NCBI GenBank assembly: GCA_047601855.1
Contig: JASGIM010000003.1
Location: 725,761 to 789,760 of the forward strand
Reading direction: 5' to 3'
DNA: 64,000 bases
DNA from: Flavobacteriales bacterium
Lineage (GTDB): Bacteria > Bacteroidota > Bacteroidia > Flavobacteriales_F > PHOS-HE28
This document shows, piece after piece, positions 48,484 through 58,710 of the stretch. A program made the position numbers and the translations under genes. Below the pieces are notes generated by a model. The model was not told where the DNA came from, ran no database searches, and saw only the letters and a list, made by a program, of their open reading frames with translations. Numbering within the stretch: position 1 is the first letter of the stretch; every line of letters starts with the position of its first letter.

Positions 48484-50568
48484 TCACGGCAGCTGCGCCC
48501 TCCGCGTGGCCGTAGGCACCGTGCCCCCGATGTTCACCAGGATGGGGTCGCGATCGTTGCCGGTGCCCGTGTATTTCACCACGCCGTCCATGTTCACGTC
48601 CTCCACGTAGTAGCCGCTTACGGTGGCCGTGGGCACCGTGCCTCCGATGCGCACCAGGATGGGGTCGCGGTCGTTGCCGGCGCCCGTATACATCAGGACG
48701 CCGTCGTGGTCCACGTCACCCGCCCACAGGCAACGGATGCCGTTGATCGTTTTCATCGCCTCGTCACCGCCGTACGTGGCCGTGGACCCGTTGATGAAGT
48801 TCATCAGCACGGCCACGCCGGTGAGCGGCTGTGAAGTGGCCGTCATGATCCCGAGGTGATTGCGGCCCTTGATCGCCACGAAGTAATTGTCCACCACGGC
48901 CTGCGGGAAGTTCACCGGATCCGTACCGTTCACGTCCACCACCATCCCATCGCTGCGCACCAGGGCACTGCGCGTGGCCAGCACCTGCGAAGCATCGCTC
49001 TTGCTCCGCAGCTCAACGAGCACCCAATCCACGATGGCATTGGTGCCGGTCACGTTCAACACGGCCTGGGCCATGGTCTCCCCGCCCCCGCCGCCCACGT
49101 GCGTGAAGCCGAGCGCCGTGAAGGGTTCGGTGGTGGGCAGGCCATTGGTGCGCAGGTTCGCGTTCATGCTGCCGGAGGCATAGGGCCCTTCGAGCATGAT
49201 GCGGGCGCTCACCTTCACCCCGAGTGCGGGATGCACGGCGCTGCCGTTGATGCCGTTCAACGCGGTGGTGGTGTTGGCGGGGTCCAGCCAATCGCGCAAG
49301 CGGCTGCTGGGCAGGGTGCCGTCCCAATTGGCGCTGAGCTTCGCGAAGATGCTCGGGATGGTGGTGGCGGTGGCGCATTCCTGCTGGCCGTCCGAGGCGC
49401 TGCCGACCATCCGCTTGTTGCGGTCGAAGAGGGGCGCGCCGCTGCTGCCGCCCTGCGCCAGCCCGGAACCCCAGAAGACGCGCCAGCATTCGGTGTTCTC
49501 ATCCGGGGTGAAGTAGGTGGCCGGCGCCGCGTTCGGGAAGGCGATCTTCTTCACGTCCGAGAGCGGATGGTGGATCATCGCCCCCACGCCCGGCTGGCTT
49601 CCGCTGCGGTCCCAACCGCTGTAATACACGTTGTAGGCCGCCGGGGGCTGCGCGCTCATCTCCACCAGGCAGAAATCGCCGTGGTAGGTGAGCGCGCGGA
49701 GGGTGCTGCCGCTCACCGTTTGGTCCGTGGGACCGGCAGTGCCCACGCAGGCGGGACTGTCGTAGTTGAAGTAGAAGACCCACTGGCTTTCGGTGGGTTG
49801 GTAGCAATGGTTGGCGATGTGGAAGTAGGGGGTGCCGTTCTGCAGCGTGTTGTTCAGCAGCACGCCGGTGCAGCCACCGCCATCGGGCCGGAGGAACAAG
49901 GCCACGGAACGGCGCTGGTCCTGCCAATTGGCGGCGCTGGGGCACGCCACGTTGTCCTGGCAGGGCGCGCTCTGGTAACCGGGATCGATGTCGCGCAGCA
50001 CACCGCGCTCCCTGAAATGCAAAATGTCGCGGAAGCCGTGCGTCAGGCTCGCCACGTGCAGCCCGGCAGGACCCGGATGCGGGCCGGTCTGGTATTCGAT
50101 GGTGATGGCATCGCCGGGCACCACGGCGGTGGCGAGGCCGCCCGTGGGCTGCGCGTTCTCCTGCGTGAAGCCGCCGATGAAGTAGCTGCGGTCCGCGTTG
50201 TAGAGGAACACGCGGCCATCGGGGCCGGGCGCGAAGCGGTCGAACTGCACGCTCAACATCACCGCTCCGGGACTGCTCAACTGCAGGCGGCACACGCGGC
50301 TGCCGTCCGGCAGGTCCTGCCAGGTGCCCTGGCCGAGCACGTCCGCATCCACCTGGCGCTGGGTGCCGTAGCGGAACCCGGTGTTCGCGGGCGCGGCATC
50401 CGCCTCGGCGAGCAGGGCGGAGCGGTCCAGCACGGACAGCCCGATCCGGGGCACGGCATCGCGCTCGTTCGGGGTGTGCCCCCAGCCGAGCGGCTGTCCA
50501 CCGTGGGCGATCTGGGCGGTGGAAAGCACAGGGACGGCGAAAACGCCAAGGAGGAGAGCTCGCTTCAT
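48484..50568 (-). CDS. Secreted trypsin-fold (S1) serine endopeptidase, lysyl-endopeptidase-like, with tandem C-terminal repeat
   Basis: Signal peptide MKRALLLGVFAVPVLSTAQ. His region ...YFHIANHCY. Ser region ...GLAQGGSSGAPLF. C-terminal duplicated ~35-aa unit DVxxDGV..YTG.GNDRDPILV.IGGTVPTAT (x2), also visible as a ~110-bp tandem DNA repeat at about 48490-48720. Confidence 0.6.
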   Translation of the reverse strand: MKRALLLGVFAVPVLSTAQIAHGGQPLGWGHTPNERDAVPRIGLSVLDRSALLAEADAAPANTGFRYGTQRQVDADVLGQGTWQDLPDGSRVCRLQLSSPGAVMLSVQFDRFAPGPDGRVFLYNADRSYFIGGFTQENAQPTGGLATAVVPGDAITIEYQTGPHPGPAGLHVASLTHGFRDILHFRERGVLRDIDPGYQSAPCQDNVACPSAANWQDQRRSVALFLRPDGGGCTGVLLNNTLQNGTPYFHIANHCYQPTESQWVFYFNYDSPACVGTAGPTDQTVSGSTLRALTYHGDFCLVEMSAQPPAAYNVYYSGWDRSGSQPGVGAMIHHPLSDVKKIAFPNAAPATYFTPDENTECWRVFWGSGLAQGGSSGAPLFDRNKRMVGSASDGQQECATATTIPSIFAKLSANWDGTLPSSRLRDWLDPANTTTALNGINGSAVHPALGVKVSARIMLEGPYASGSMNANLRTNGLPTTEPFTALGFTHVGGGGGETMAQAVLNVTGTNAIVDWVLVELRSKSDASQVLATRSALVRSDGMVVDVNGTDPVNFPQAVVDNYFVAIKGRNHLGIMTATSQPLTGVAVLMNFINGSTATYGGDEAMKTINGIRCLWAGDVDHDGVLMYTGAGNDRDPILVRIGGTVPTATVSGYYVEDVNMDGVVKYTGTGNDRDPILVNIGGTVPTATRRAQLP

Positions 50569-50614
50569 CGCTACCAAGCTAATAAACCAACGAACGGGAA
50601 GGTTGTCGGTTCGT

Positions 50615-52687
50615 TCAGCGCCCGATGATGACGAACTCCGTGCGGCGGTTCTGCGCACGACCGGCCTCGGTGTCATTGTTCGCCAACGGTTTCGAGGCCC
50701 CATAGCCCTTGCTGGTGAGACGGTCGCCCTTGATGCCGTGCGCACCGATGTATTCCCGCACGGTGAAGGCGCGATCGTTGCTCAGCGCGAGGTTCTTGTC
50801 CTCGCCCCCCACGTTGTCGGTGTGGCCCTGGATCTCGATGCGCAGCGTGGGGTTCTCCTTCAGGAAGGTGATGAGCTCCTCCAGGATGTACTCGCTGGCC
50901 TTCGTGAGGGCGGCGCTGTTGGTGGCGTACTTGATGTCGTTCACGCGGTAGCTCTTGCCCACTTGGATCTTCTCCAGCTTCATGTCCACCTGGGCCACGC
51001 CGCCGCGCGCGGTATCCTCCGCGGTGAACGCACGGCTGTCGAACACATGGTCCTCCTTCTTCACGGTCACCACCACGTCGGCACCCGGCTTCAGGCGCAG
51101 CACGGTGGCGTAGCGGCCGTCGGCTTCGTCCACGTGCAGCACCTCGGTCTTGCGGGTATCCATGTAGGTGATGGACACCTTGGCATCCGTCACCGGCTTA
51201 CCGTTCTCGTCCTTCACTTCGCCCTTCACCACGATGATGTCCTCGGGACGCGCGTCCTTCGGCAGCTCGAAGCCATACAGATCCAGTCCGCCGGCGCCCT
51301 TGAAGCGGTTGCTGGCGAAGTAGGCGGTGCGGCCGTCGGCGCTCACGATCAGCCCGTGCTCGTCCTGCGGCGTGTTGATGGGGTTGCCGATGTTCTTCGG
51401 CTTGGACCAGGAACCGTCGGCCTGCATGCGGCTGTAGAAGATATCGTAGCCGCCGATGCCGCGCTGGCCGCGGGAAACATCCTCCCGGCCGTCCTCCCCG
51501 CGCGGCGGCTTGGCCGCGAAGTAGAGCGTGTGGCTGTCGCTGTGGAGAAAGGGGGCCTTCTCGTCCCCATCGGTATTGATGGGGCCGGGCACGGGCCTGG
51601 CGGGGCTCCATTCCCCTTTGTCGTTGCGCGTGCTCTGGTAGATGTCCGTGCCGCGGCTGTCCTTGCGCACGGTGGCGAAGTAGAGCGTGCGGCCATCCGC
51701 ACTGAGGGTGGGCTGGCTCTCCCACCCGTCCGGCGTGTTGATGTTCGGCCCAAGGTCCTCCGGCGTGCCCCATTCGAACACCTGGCGGCCCGAGGCGAAA
51801 TCCATGTGGGTGTCGTAGTGCGTGCGGTAGATGTCGCAGTTCTTGTAATCCTTGCCGGCGGCCTTGCAGATGGTGACGAAGACCTCCTTGTTGTTCACGC
51901 TCACGGTGACGCCGCCGTAGCTGTCGCCCGTGTTGAAGGGCGGGGGCAGCGCGGTGCCCTTGTCGAAGTCCTGCTTCACGTCGGCGCGGCGCGCTTCGGT
52001 CAGTTCCTCCACATCACGCGGGAAGGGATCGCCCTTCGCCTGGTACTTGCTCAGGCGGGTGAAGAAGAGCAGTTCATTGTCCGGGGAGAACATCGGCAGG
52101 TACTCATCGGCCTGGGTGCTCACGCCCTTCATCAGCGTGGGGTTGAAGGGCCGCTGGTCCTTGTAGAAATCCACGTAGAACTGGAGCTCGGGCATCACCT
52201 GCTCCACGTCGGCGGTCTTCTTCTCCAGGTCCTTGGGCAGCCTGGCCGGGTCGTCGCCGGAGAACTTCAGGAACTGCTGGAAGGCCTGCCCCGCCTCGGC
52301 GAACTTATCCTGGGCGTAGTACAGCGTGCCGAGGTAGTAGTACAGGTCGGCGTGGTACTCGGGGCACTTCGCCTTCACCTGCTCGAAGTACTTGATGCTG
52401 GCCTCGTAGCTGCCCGCGCCGGCCCTGGAGCGGTTGAACGCGCTGATGCCCAATTGGAACAGGCATTCCGTACACGCGGGGTCGATCTCCTGCGTGGCCT
52501 TCAGCTTGGCGTGGCGCTCCGTGGGGTTCTTCTCCTTCGCAGCCTCCTCCAGCAGCTTCACGATCTTCTTGTCCGTGGGCTTGTCGCATGGGCCGCCGTC
52601 GCCTTCCTCCTGCGCATGCACGCACAGCGTCGCCGCGATCAGCACCAGCATGGCGATCCCCCGCCCCCCTGTTATCGGTCCTTTCAT
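50615..52687 (-). CDS. OmpA-family protein with TPR and TolB-like (PD40/WD40-like) beta-propeller repeats
   Basis: Signal peptide. TPR-like N-terminus. Repeated ...DGRTLYFA.., ..DSHTLYFAA.., ..DGRTAYFASNR.. PD40 units. C-terminal OmpA domain (...IEIQGHTDNVGGEDKNLALSNDRAFTV...GRAQNRRTEF). Confidence 0.8.
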   Translation of the reverse strand: MKGPITGGRGIAMLVLIAATLCVHAQEEGDGGPCDKPTDKKIVKLLEEAAKEKNPTERHAKLKATQEIDPACTECLFQLGISAFNRSRAGAGSYEASIKYFEQVKAKCPEYHADLYYYLGTLYYAQDKFAEAGQAFQQFLKFSGDDPARLPKDLEKKTADVEQVMPELQFYVDFYKDQRPFNPTLMKGVSTQADEYLPMFSPDNELLFFTRLSKYQAKGDPFPRDVEELTEARRADVKQDFDKGTALPPPFNTGDSYGGVTVSVNNKEVFVTICKAAGKDYKNCDIYRTHYDTHMDFASGRQVFEWGTPEDLGPNINTPDGWESQPTLSADGRTLYFATVRKDSRGTDIYQSTRNDKGEWSPARPVPGPINTDGDEKAPFLHSDSHTLYFAAKPPRGEDGREDVSRGQRGIGGYDIFYSRMQADGSWSKPKNIGNPINTPQDEHGLIVSADGRTAYFASNRFKGAGGLDLYGFELPKDARPEDIIVVKGEVKDENGKPVTDAKVSITYMDTRKTEVLHVDEADGRYATVLRLKPGADVVVTVKKEDHVFDSRAFTAEDTARGGVAQVDMKLEKIQVGKSYRVNDIKYATNSAALTKASEYILEELITFLKENPTLRIEIQGHTDNVGGEDKNLALSNDRAFTVREYIGAHGIKGDRLTSKGYGASKPLANNDTEAGRAQNRRTEFVIIGR

Positions 52688-52755
52688 CCTGTGTTGGGCG
52701 GAAATGTTCCGCCACCTATGCCATTTGTTATCCGGCGGGACGTGTCCCGCCTGCA

Positions 52756-55605
52756 TTATTTTATGGTGGTGTCGGTGTTCTTGGCCTTATCCACCAAGGC
52801 ATCGCCTTGCTTGCGGGCGGCATCCACCAGGCCGTCGGCGCGCTTGTCGGTTTCAGCGATGGCATCCTGCTCCTTCTTGTCCGCGGCCTGCTTGGCCTTG
52901 TCGGCCACGACCTTGGCTGCGGCCTTGGCCAGCGGGTTGGTCACCTTGGCCAGTTCATCGTCGGCGGCCTTGTAGGCCTGGGCCTTGATGTCGGCGGCCT
53001 GCTTGCGGGCGTCGGCCTTCAGCTTGTCGGCCTGCTGCTGGGCCTCCGCCACCAGGCGGTCCCGTTCGGCCATGGCCTTGGCGAGGACGTCCTCCTTGGC
53101 TTTGCCGATCTCTTCGTTGAGCTTCGCCTTGCCCTCTTCGAGCGCGGCGTCCTTCAGGTTGCTGCCGCCGTTGCCGAACACCGGCTTCACCACGGGCTTC
53201 TCCACCGTGCCGGTGATCTTCGCCGTGAGGTCCAGCTCGGCGGGCAGCTGGGCGTTGGAGCCCACCGCGCTGTTCAGCTGTCCGAGCAGGCTGGAGGCCA
53301 GTTGCGTGGCCCCCACACCGAACATGTCGCTGGGCACCTTGGCCTTCACGTTGTAATCGATGGCCTGGTCGGCGAAGGCGGTGCTGCCGCCCACGTTGGC
53401 CTTCAGGCGGTCGATCTTCACGTCGAACGGCTTGGTGATCATCTTGCCCTCTCGGAACTCATAGCTGAAGTTCACGTCCTCCAGCTTGGCCGAGGCCAGC
53501 TTGGGCATCTTCAGCACGTTGCTCAGCTCCACCATGGGCTTGAAGCCTTCGATGGTGACGCTCTTGGTCTTCAGCGTACCCTCACCGGAGAGGGTGTTCA
53601 TCACGGGCGACATGTGCTGGTCGAGCTCGGCCTTCATGGTCATGGCGGTGCTGAACCTGCCCCTGCAGGCCTTGGCGATGGGCGCCATCTTCTGCACGGT
53701 CTCCACGTAGCCCACGGTCTGCGCGATGTCCAGGTCCTTCACGTCGTAGGCGAGGTCGAAGAGCGGGTGCTTCTTGTCCTTGGTGTCGTAGCTGCCCTTC
53801 ATGCCCACGCTGCCCTCGAAGAGGTTGAAGAAGACATCGCGCAGGTCCACGCGCTCGTCATGCACGTGCAGGGTGCCTTTGGTGTTGGTGAGCGCGAGCT
53901 TGTCGTAGAGCACCTGCTTCACCGCAGCGTTCAGCGTGAAGTTCACGTTCTTGGGTACTTCGATCAGGCTCATCGCAGCGGTATCCGTCTTCGCCGTGGT
54001 GGCTTCGGCGGACGCCGTCCCTCCGCTCGGCCCCATCAGTTCGTTCAGGTCGAAGGTGTTGCTGTTCACGTTGAAGCTGCCTGCGAGGGTGCTGTCCTTC
54101 AGCCACCATTGCAGGTAGTTGTCCAAGCGGCCGTTGGCGGCGATGTCGCTCTTGCCCACGTTGCCGATGAAATTGGTGAGCGCCAGGAATTTCGGGCTGA
54201 AGTCGAAGATGAGCTCCTGGATGCCCACACCGTAAGGCAGCGAGTCGCTCTTGTAGTCCATGCCGCGCAGGGCGAGCTGACCGGCCGCTTTGAACTTGTC
54301 GTACTGCCCTTTCTCCACGCTGCTCATGCGACCCGCCATGGTGACGTCGGCCTTCACCTGGCCTTTCAGGTCATCGCCCTTCGGCAAGGGCACCACCTTC
54401 TTCACGCTGGCGAGGTCGAGATCAGCCTTCAGCGCGGCGTCCACGTTGGGGTCGCTGATGGGCGTGGTGAGGTGCATGCGGGCCTCCACGGGGTTGCCGG
54501 CCATCTTCAACGCGAAGCGCTTCAGGTCCACCACCATGCCGTCCATGTCCTTGCCTTCGGGGCTTTGGATGTTGCAGTCCACATAGATGGCGTCCACGCT
54601 GGCGGGCAGGTCGGGGTATTTGAAGCGCCCGTTGTCCACGTTGATGGTGACGCCGAAGCCGGGCATGTGGGTGTCGTTATACAGCCCCTTCACATAGCCG
54701 TTGAAGGCGGCCTTGCCGGTCATGTCCACGCCTTTCATGTCCTTGGCGAACTCGGCGGGGATGAGCGAGAGCAGCGCACCGATGTCGCTCTTCTTCATGG
54801 CCCACTTGAGGTCCATGGTAATGTCGTTCGTGGGCATGGCCAGCCAGCCGTCGAAGCCCAGCGCAAGCTGGTTCACCACGGCCTCGTTCTCCTTGAAGGT
54901 GAACTTCATGTTGGGCAGGTCCATGTCCAGGTCGGCCTTGATGTCGGCCTTGGCGTTCTTCAGGTACTTCACGCCATCGAACACCACGTTGGTGGTGTCC
55001 ACGGTAGTCTTGGTCCTCAGCACGAAGAGGTCCTGCGCGAAATCGCCGCTGCCGGTGTGGTCCACCCCGGCCAGGTCCAGCAACATGGGCAGGCTTTCGT
55101 CGTCATAGATGATGCGGCCGCGGGTGATGCTGTATTCCTTCAACGCCACGTTGAAGGTGGTGGCGCTGGTGTCCGCGGGCAGTTCGGCACTGGTGCTGTC
55201 CGGCTTGGCGATGTCCCAGTTGGCGGTGCCGTCCTTCAGCACCTTGAAATGCAGGTAGGGCCGGGTGAGGGCCACGTTCTTGATCTGGATGCGGTCGCTG
55301 AACAGGCTCATGAGGCCGATGGTGGCGCGCAGTTCACCGATGTCGGCCAGGCACAGGCTGTCGAAGGGCGCCACGTTGCACACTTTCACGTTCTCCACGC
55401 TGATGCTGGCGTTGGGGAAGCTGCGGATGATGCTGAGGTCCCAATCGCCCCAGTCCACCGTGGCGTTGATGCTCTCGTTCACCTGCTTCTTCACGGCCGC
55501 CTCGATCTTGTCCTTGAACAGGACGGGGATGAGGATGGCCGCTGCAAGCAGCAGCACGATGAGGATGCCGAGGGTGATGAACAGCCGTTTGATCCACTTG
55601 CCCAT
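52756..55605 (-). CDS. AsmA-family (TamB/AsmA-like) large envelope protein
   Basis: About 950 aa. N-terminal TM anchor MGKWIKRLFITLGILIVLLLAAAILIPVLF. Long beta-rich body. Lys/Glu/Ala-rich coiled-coil tail. Confidence 0.6.
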   Translation of the reverse strand: MGKWIKRLFITLGILIVLLLAAAILIPVLFKDKIEAAVKKQVNESINATVDWGDWDLSIIRSFPNASISVENVKVCNVAPFDSLCLADIGELRATIGLMSLFSDRIQIKNVALTRPYLHFKVLKDGTANWDIAKPDSTSAELPADTSATTFNVALKEYSITRGRIIYDDESLPMLLDLAGVDHTGSGDFAQDLFVLRTKTTVDTTNVVFDGVKYLKNAKADIKADLDMDLPNMKFTFKENEAVVNQLALGFDGWLAMPTNDITMDLKWAMKKSDIGALLSLIPAEFAKDMKGVDMTGKAAFNGYVKGLYNDTHMPGFGVTINVDNGRFKYPDLPASVDAIYVDCNIQSPEGKDMDGMVVDLKRFALKMAGNPVEARMHLTTPISDPNVDAALKADLDLASVKKVVPLPKGDDLKGQVKADVTMAGRMSSVEKGQYDKFKAAGQLALRGMDYKSDSLPYGVGIQELIFDFSPKFLALTNFIGNVGKSDIAANGRLDNYLQWWLKDSTLAGSFNVNSNTFDLNELMGPSGGTASAEATTAKTDTAAMSLIEVPKNVNFTLNAAVKQVLYDKLALTNTKGTLHVHDERVDLRDVFFNLFEGSVGMKGSYDTKDKKHPLFDLAYDVKDLDIAQTVGYVETVQKMAPIAKACRGRFSTAMTMKAELDQHMSPVMNTLSGEGTLKTKSVTIEGFKPMVELSNVLKMPKLASAKLEDVNFSYEFREGKMITKPFDVKIDRLKANVGGSTAFADQAIDYNVKAKVPSDMFGVGATQLASSLLGQLNSAVGSNAQLPAELDLTAKITGTVEKPVVKPVFGNGGSNLKDAALEEGKAKLNEEIGKAKEDVLAKAMAERDRLVAEAQQQADKLKADARKQAADIKAQAYKAADDELAKVTNPLAKAAAKVVADKAKQAADKKEQDAIAETDKRADGLVDAARKQGDALVDKAKNTDTTIK

Positions 55606-55652
55606 GTTGTTCGGTGTTGTGGCGACGCAGTGCGCCGCCTGTACGGGGATGT

Positions 55653-56732
55653 CTAGATCCGTGTGAGGCGTTGGCGTAGAAGGTGATCGGCAAGGACAAG
55701 GCAGGCCATGGCCTCCACCACGGGTACCGCACGCGGCACCACGCAAGGATCATGCCTCCCCTTCCCTTCCAAGGTGACGGCGTTGCCTGCGCGATCAACG
55801 CTTTGCTGCGGGCGCATCAGCGTGCTCACGGGTTTGAAGGCGACATCGAACAGGATGTCCTCGCCGTTGCTGATGCCGCCCTGCATCCCACCGCTGCGGT
55901 TGGTGGCCGTGCGGATGCCTTCCTCTGTGCCGATGTATGCATCGTTGTGCTGGGAGCCGCGCAAGGCGATGGCCTCGAAACCGCTGCCGAACTGCACGCC
56001 CTTCACGGCATTGATGCTGAACAGGGCCTTGCCGAGATCGGCGTGGAGCTTGTCGAAGACCGGCTCGCCGAGGCCCGGCGGCACGTTGCGCGCCACGCAG
56101 GAAATGCGTCCACCGATGGTATCGCCTTCGCTCCGCACTTGTTCGATCAAGGCCGTCATCCGTTCGGCCGTCCGCGCATCGGGGCAGCGCACGGCGCTGC
56201 CTTGAACGGCGGAAAGGTCCAGATCCGTATAGGGCCGCTCCAGGCGCACGTCGCCGACCTGGCTCACCCAGGCGTTCACCTCCACCCCGGCACGCCGGAG
56301 CAATTGCCGCGCGATGGCGCCTCCCGCCACACGAACGGCCGTTTCCCGCGCGCTGGCACGCCCGCCGCCACGGTGGTCGCGCAGGCCGAACTTCTGTTCC
56401 CACGTGAGGTCGGCATGGCCGGGACGGTAGGCGTCCTTCAAGTGATCGTAGTCGCCGCTCTTCGCATCGGCGTTACGGATGAGGAAGGCGATGGGCGTGC
56501 CGAGCGTGACGCCGTCCAGAAGGCCGCTGAGGAATTCCACCATGTCGCTTTCGCTGCGCGCGGTGCCGAGGGGCGTGCTCCCAGGCCGGCGCCGGTCCAG
56601 TTCAGCCTGGATGGCGGTCAAGTCCAGCTTCAAGTCTGCGGGGCAACCTTCCACCACGCCGCCAATGGCCGGACCATGGCTCTCGCCGAACGAGACCAGC
56701 CGGAACACGGTGCCGTAGATGCTGCCTGCCAT
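55653..56732 (-). CDS. aroC: Chorismate synthase
   Basis: MAGSIYGTVFRLVSFGESHGPAIGGVVEGCPADL... plus ...GGRSSARETA...-type blocks. Confidence 0.9.
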   Translation of the reverse strand: MAGSIYGTVFRLVSFGESHGPAIGGVVEGCPADLKLDLTAIQAELDRRRPGSTPLGTARSESDMVEFLSGLLDGVTLGTPIAFLIRNADAKSGDYDHLKDAYRPGHADLTWEQKFGLRDHRGGGRASARETAVRVAGGAIARQLLRRAGVEVNAWVSQVGDVRLERPYTDLDLSAVQGSAVRCPDARTAERMTALIEQVRSEGDTIGGRISCVARNVPPGLGEPVFDKLHADLGKALFSINAVKGVQFGSGFEAIALRGSQHNDAYIGTEEGIRTATNRSGGMQGGISNGEDILFDVAFKPVSTLMRPQQSVDRAGNAVTLEGKGRHDPCVVPRAVPVVEAMACLVLADHLLRQRLTRI

Positions 56733-56940
56733 GATGAGGGGGCGAAATTACCCGGAGGCAAGGAGCCTTTGTGCAACGATCCCCACACGATCCAACAGGG
56801 GGGCGTTCACCGGCAAACAGCCCAAGATGCCGTTCACCTGAGAGCGGTCGTGCCCCACAAAAGGATCATGTGCCTGCAACACCGTTCCATAGGTAGAGTG
56901 TTCCTTTGACCGATCGGGACACTGCCATACCTATGATCTG

Positions 56941-57432
56941 ATGCCGACCGAAGCTGAAGTCCTCGCCCACGTGATGGACAAGACCCGCCAGTGGACCTTG
57001 TTCTACCTGGACAAGCTGAAGGGCCACGACCCGCACCGCCGCTTCGTATGCGAGGGCAAGGAGCTGAACACCCTGTATTGGCTGGTGGCGCACCTCGCCA
57101 CCACGCAGAACGGACTGTTGCTGGCCGCCACGCGCGGGCCGTTCGAGAAGTTCACGTGGGCCAAGCATTTCAACATGGGTGCCGCAGGACTGCCGCCCGG
57201 GCAATGCCCGCCCTTCGAGGACGTGCTGGCCGTGTTCCATACGGTGCATCAGAAAGCCATCGGACACGTAGCCACGTTGAGCGAGGAAGCGCTGGATGGT
57301 CCCAACCCCACCCCTTTCCCCACGTTCGGGCCGCAGTTGCGCGACGTGGTCGATCCACGCTATCCGCCACGAGGGCACGCACGCCGGCCACCTGGGCTGG
57401 CTGTGCAAGCTGTACGGCATCCCCACCATCTG
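56941..57432 (+). CDS. DinB/YfiT-like (DinB_2) family protein, frameshift near 57350
   Basis: MPTEAEVLAHVMDKTRQWTLFYLDKL...YWLVAHLATTQNG... The C-terminus ...IHAIRHEGTHAGHLGWLCKLYGIPTI continues in another frame. Confidence 0.55.
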
Positions 57433-57436
57433 AACC

Positions 57437-58051
57437 ATGGTTCGCATCGCGGCGGTGCACGACGACGGCCGGCTGACCGAGGCAACGGTGATCGCCCTGC
57501 ACGCGGTAAGCGGCGTGCGGATGGACCTGCTCCGTGCCGCACGGGTGCGGCCCGCCGCGCGGAACCGGCTGCATGCGCCGTGGTATGGGCGGAAGCGCGG
57601 CGGCGCGCTCACGCTGGGCCGCACGATCTACTTCACGCAGCGCTACTTCGATCTACAAGACCTGGCGGACGGCGGCATCACGTCCACCTGGGCCTGGCTG
57701 ACGCTGCTTGCGCACGAGGTGGGGCACCTCCCGCAGGCGGAACGCTTCGGGTACAACGCCTGGGGCATCACACGCTACATCGCGGCGTTCACGGGCCAAT
57801 ACGGCGCGCGGGCCCTGACCTTCCGTTCACGGGTGCATGATGGCGCGGCCCTGGAGATCGAAGCGGACAAAGGACGTTGGGTATTGCGGCAAGTGGTGAC
57901 CGGAGCACCGAAGGACCACCCGCTGGTGCTGGCCGTGCATAACAACGACAAGGAGGCGACGCAAAGCTGGGTGGCGATGCATGCCGAATACCTGGAGGAC
58001 CTGTGCTGGCGCTATTCCTCCGAACGCAACACGGCCTTGTCCGCCGGTTGA
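57437..58051 (+). CDS. Hypothetical HExxH-motif (zincin-like, DUF4157-like) protein
   Basis: ...TWAWLTLLAHEVGHLPQAERFGY... contains HEVGH. Confidence 0.45.
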   Translation: MVRIAAVHDDGRLTEATVIALHAVSGVRMDLLRAARVRPAARNRLHAPWYGRKRGGALTLGRTIYFTQRYFDLQDLADGGITSTWAWLTLLAHEVGHLPQAERFGYNAWGITRYIAAFTGQYGARALTFRSRVHDGAALEIEADKGRWVLRQVVTGAPKDHPLVLAVHNNDKEATQSWVAMHAEYLEDLCWRYSSERNTALSAG

Positions 58052-58707
58052 TCGAAGCTGGCTTCCGATGGACCGGTGATGGGGATGACCGGGCCTGCGA
58101 AACGCGCCGAAGCGTGCAAATTCACATCCAGCCAAGCCTTCACACAGGCCATCGGCTCGCGCACGGCACTGCCACGGCACACGCTGCCACCCGGTGGGTC
58201 GGCGATAGCCCCCACAGCGTCGATGCCCAGGCTGCGTGCCAAGTAGACCGCTCGCGGCAGGTGGAACGCCTGGGAGATCACCACGGCATCCTTCACCTGG
58301 AAGACGTCGCGAGCGCGCACCATGGTATCGTACGTGTCGAACCCGGCATGATCAAGGAAGATATGGTGGAGCGGGACGCTGCGGTCCATGAGCCATTGCT
58401 TCATGGTGTTCACCTCGTCATAGCCGCGCCGGCCGTGGTCACCGCTCAGCAACAGGCGCTGCACGCTGCCCGCCTTATACAAGGCCAAGGCATGCGCCAG
58501 GCGTTCTTCGAGGCAGGCCGAAACGTCACCCTCCCGCACCCGGCAACCCAACACGATGCCCGTGAACCGCACCGGCACAGGGGCACCATGCACCACAAGG
58601 TAAGGATCGCTTACCGCGCGGACGCGTGCCCGCACCGACCATGCTGCAAGCACCACGAGCGTACCAAGGATCAGGACCGCCCACAGGGCCTTTCGCCACC
58701 ACTTCAT
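58012..58707 (-). CDS. SanA/YdcF (DUF218) family membrane-anchored protein
   Basis: N-terminal TM anchor, then DUF218-like ...AIVVLGCRV...ALYKAGSVQRLLLSG... Confidence 0.7.
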   Translation of the reverse strand: MKWWRKALWAVLILGTLVVLAAWSVRARVRAVSDPYLVVHGAPVPVRFTGIVLGCRVREGDVSACLEERLAHALALYKAGSVQRLLLSGDHGRRGYDEVNTMKQWLMDRSVPLHHIFLDHAGFDTYDTMVRARDVFQVKDAVVISQAFHLPRAVYLARSLGIDAVGAIADPPGGSVCRGSAVREPMACVKAWLDVNLHASARFAGPVIPITGPSEASFDQPADKAVLRSEE

Positions 58708-58710
58708 CGC

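Noticed and set aside
50381-55656. Very long plus-strand ORFs (864 aa and 1022 aa)
   Set aside because: Antisense to the OmpA/TolB-like and AsmA-like genes, with repetitive GxxVxxH low-complexity translations. The minus-strand genes have signal peptides and conserved OmpA motifs.
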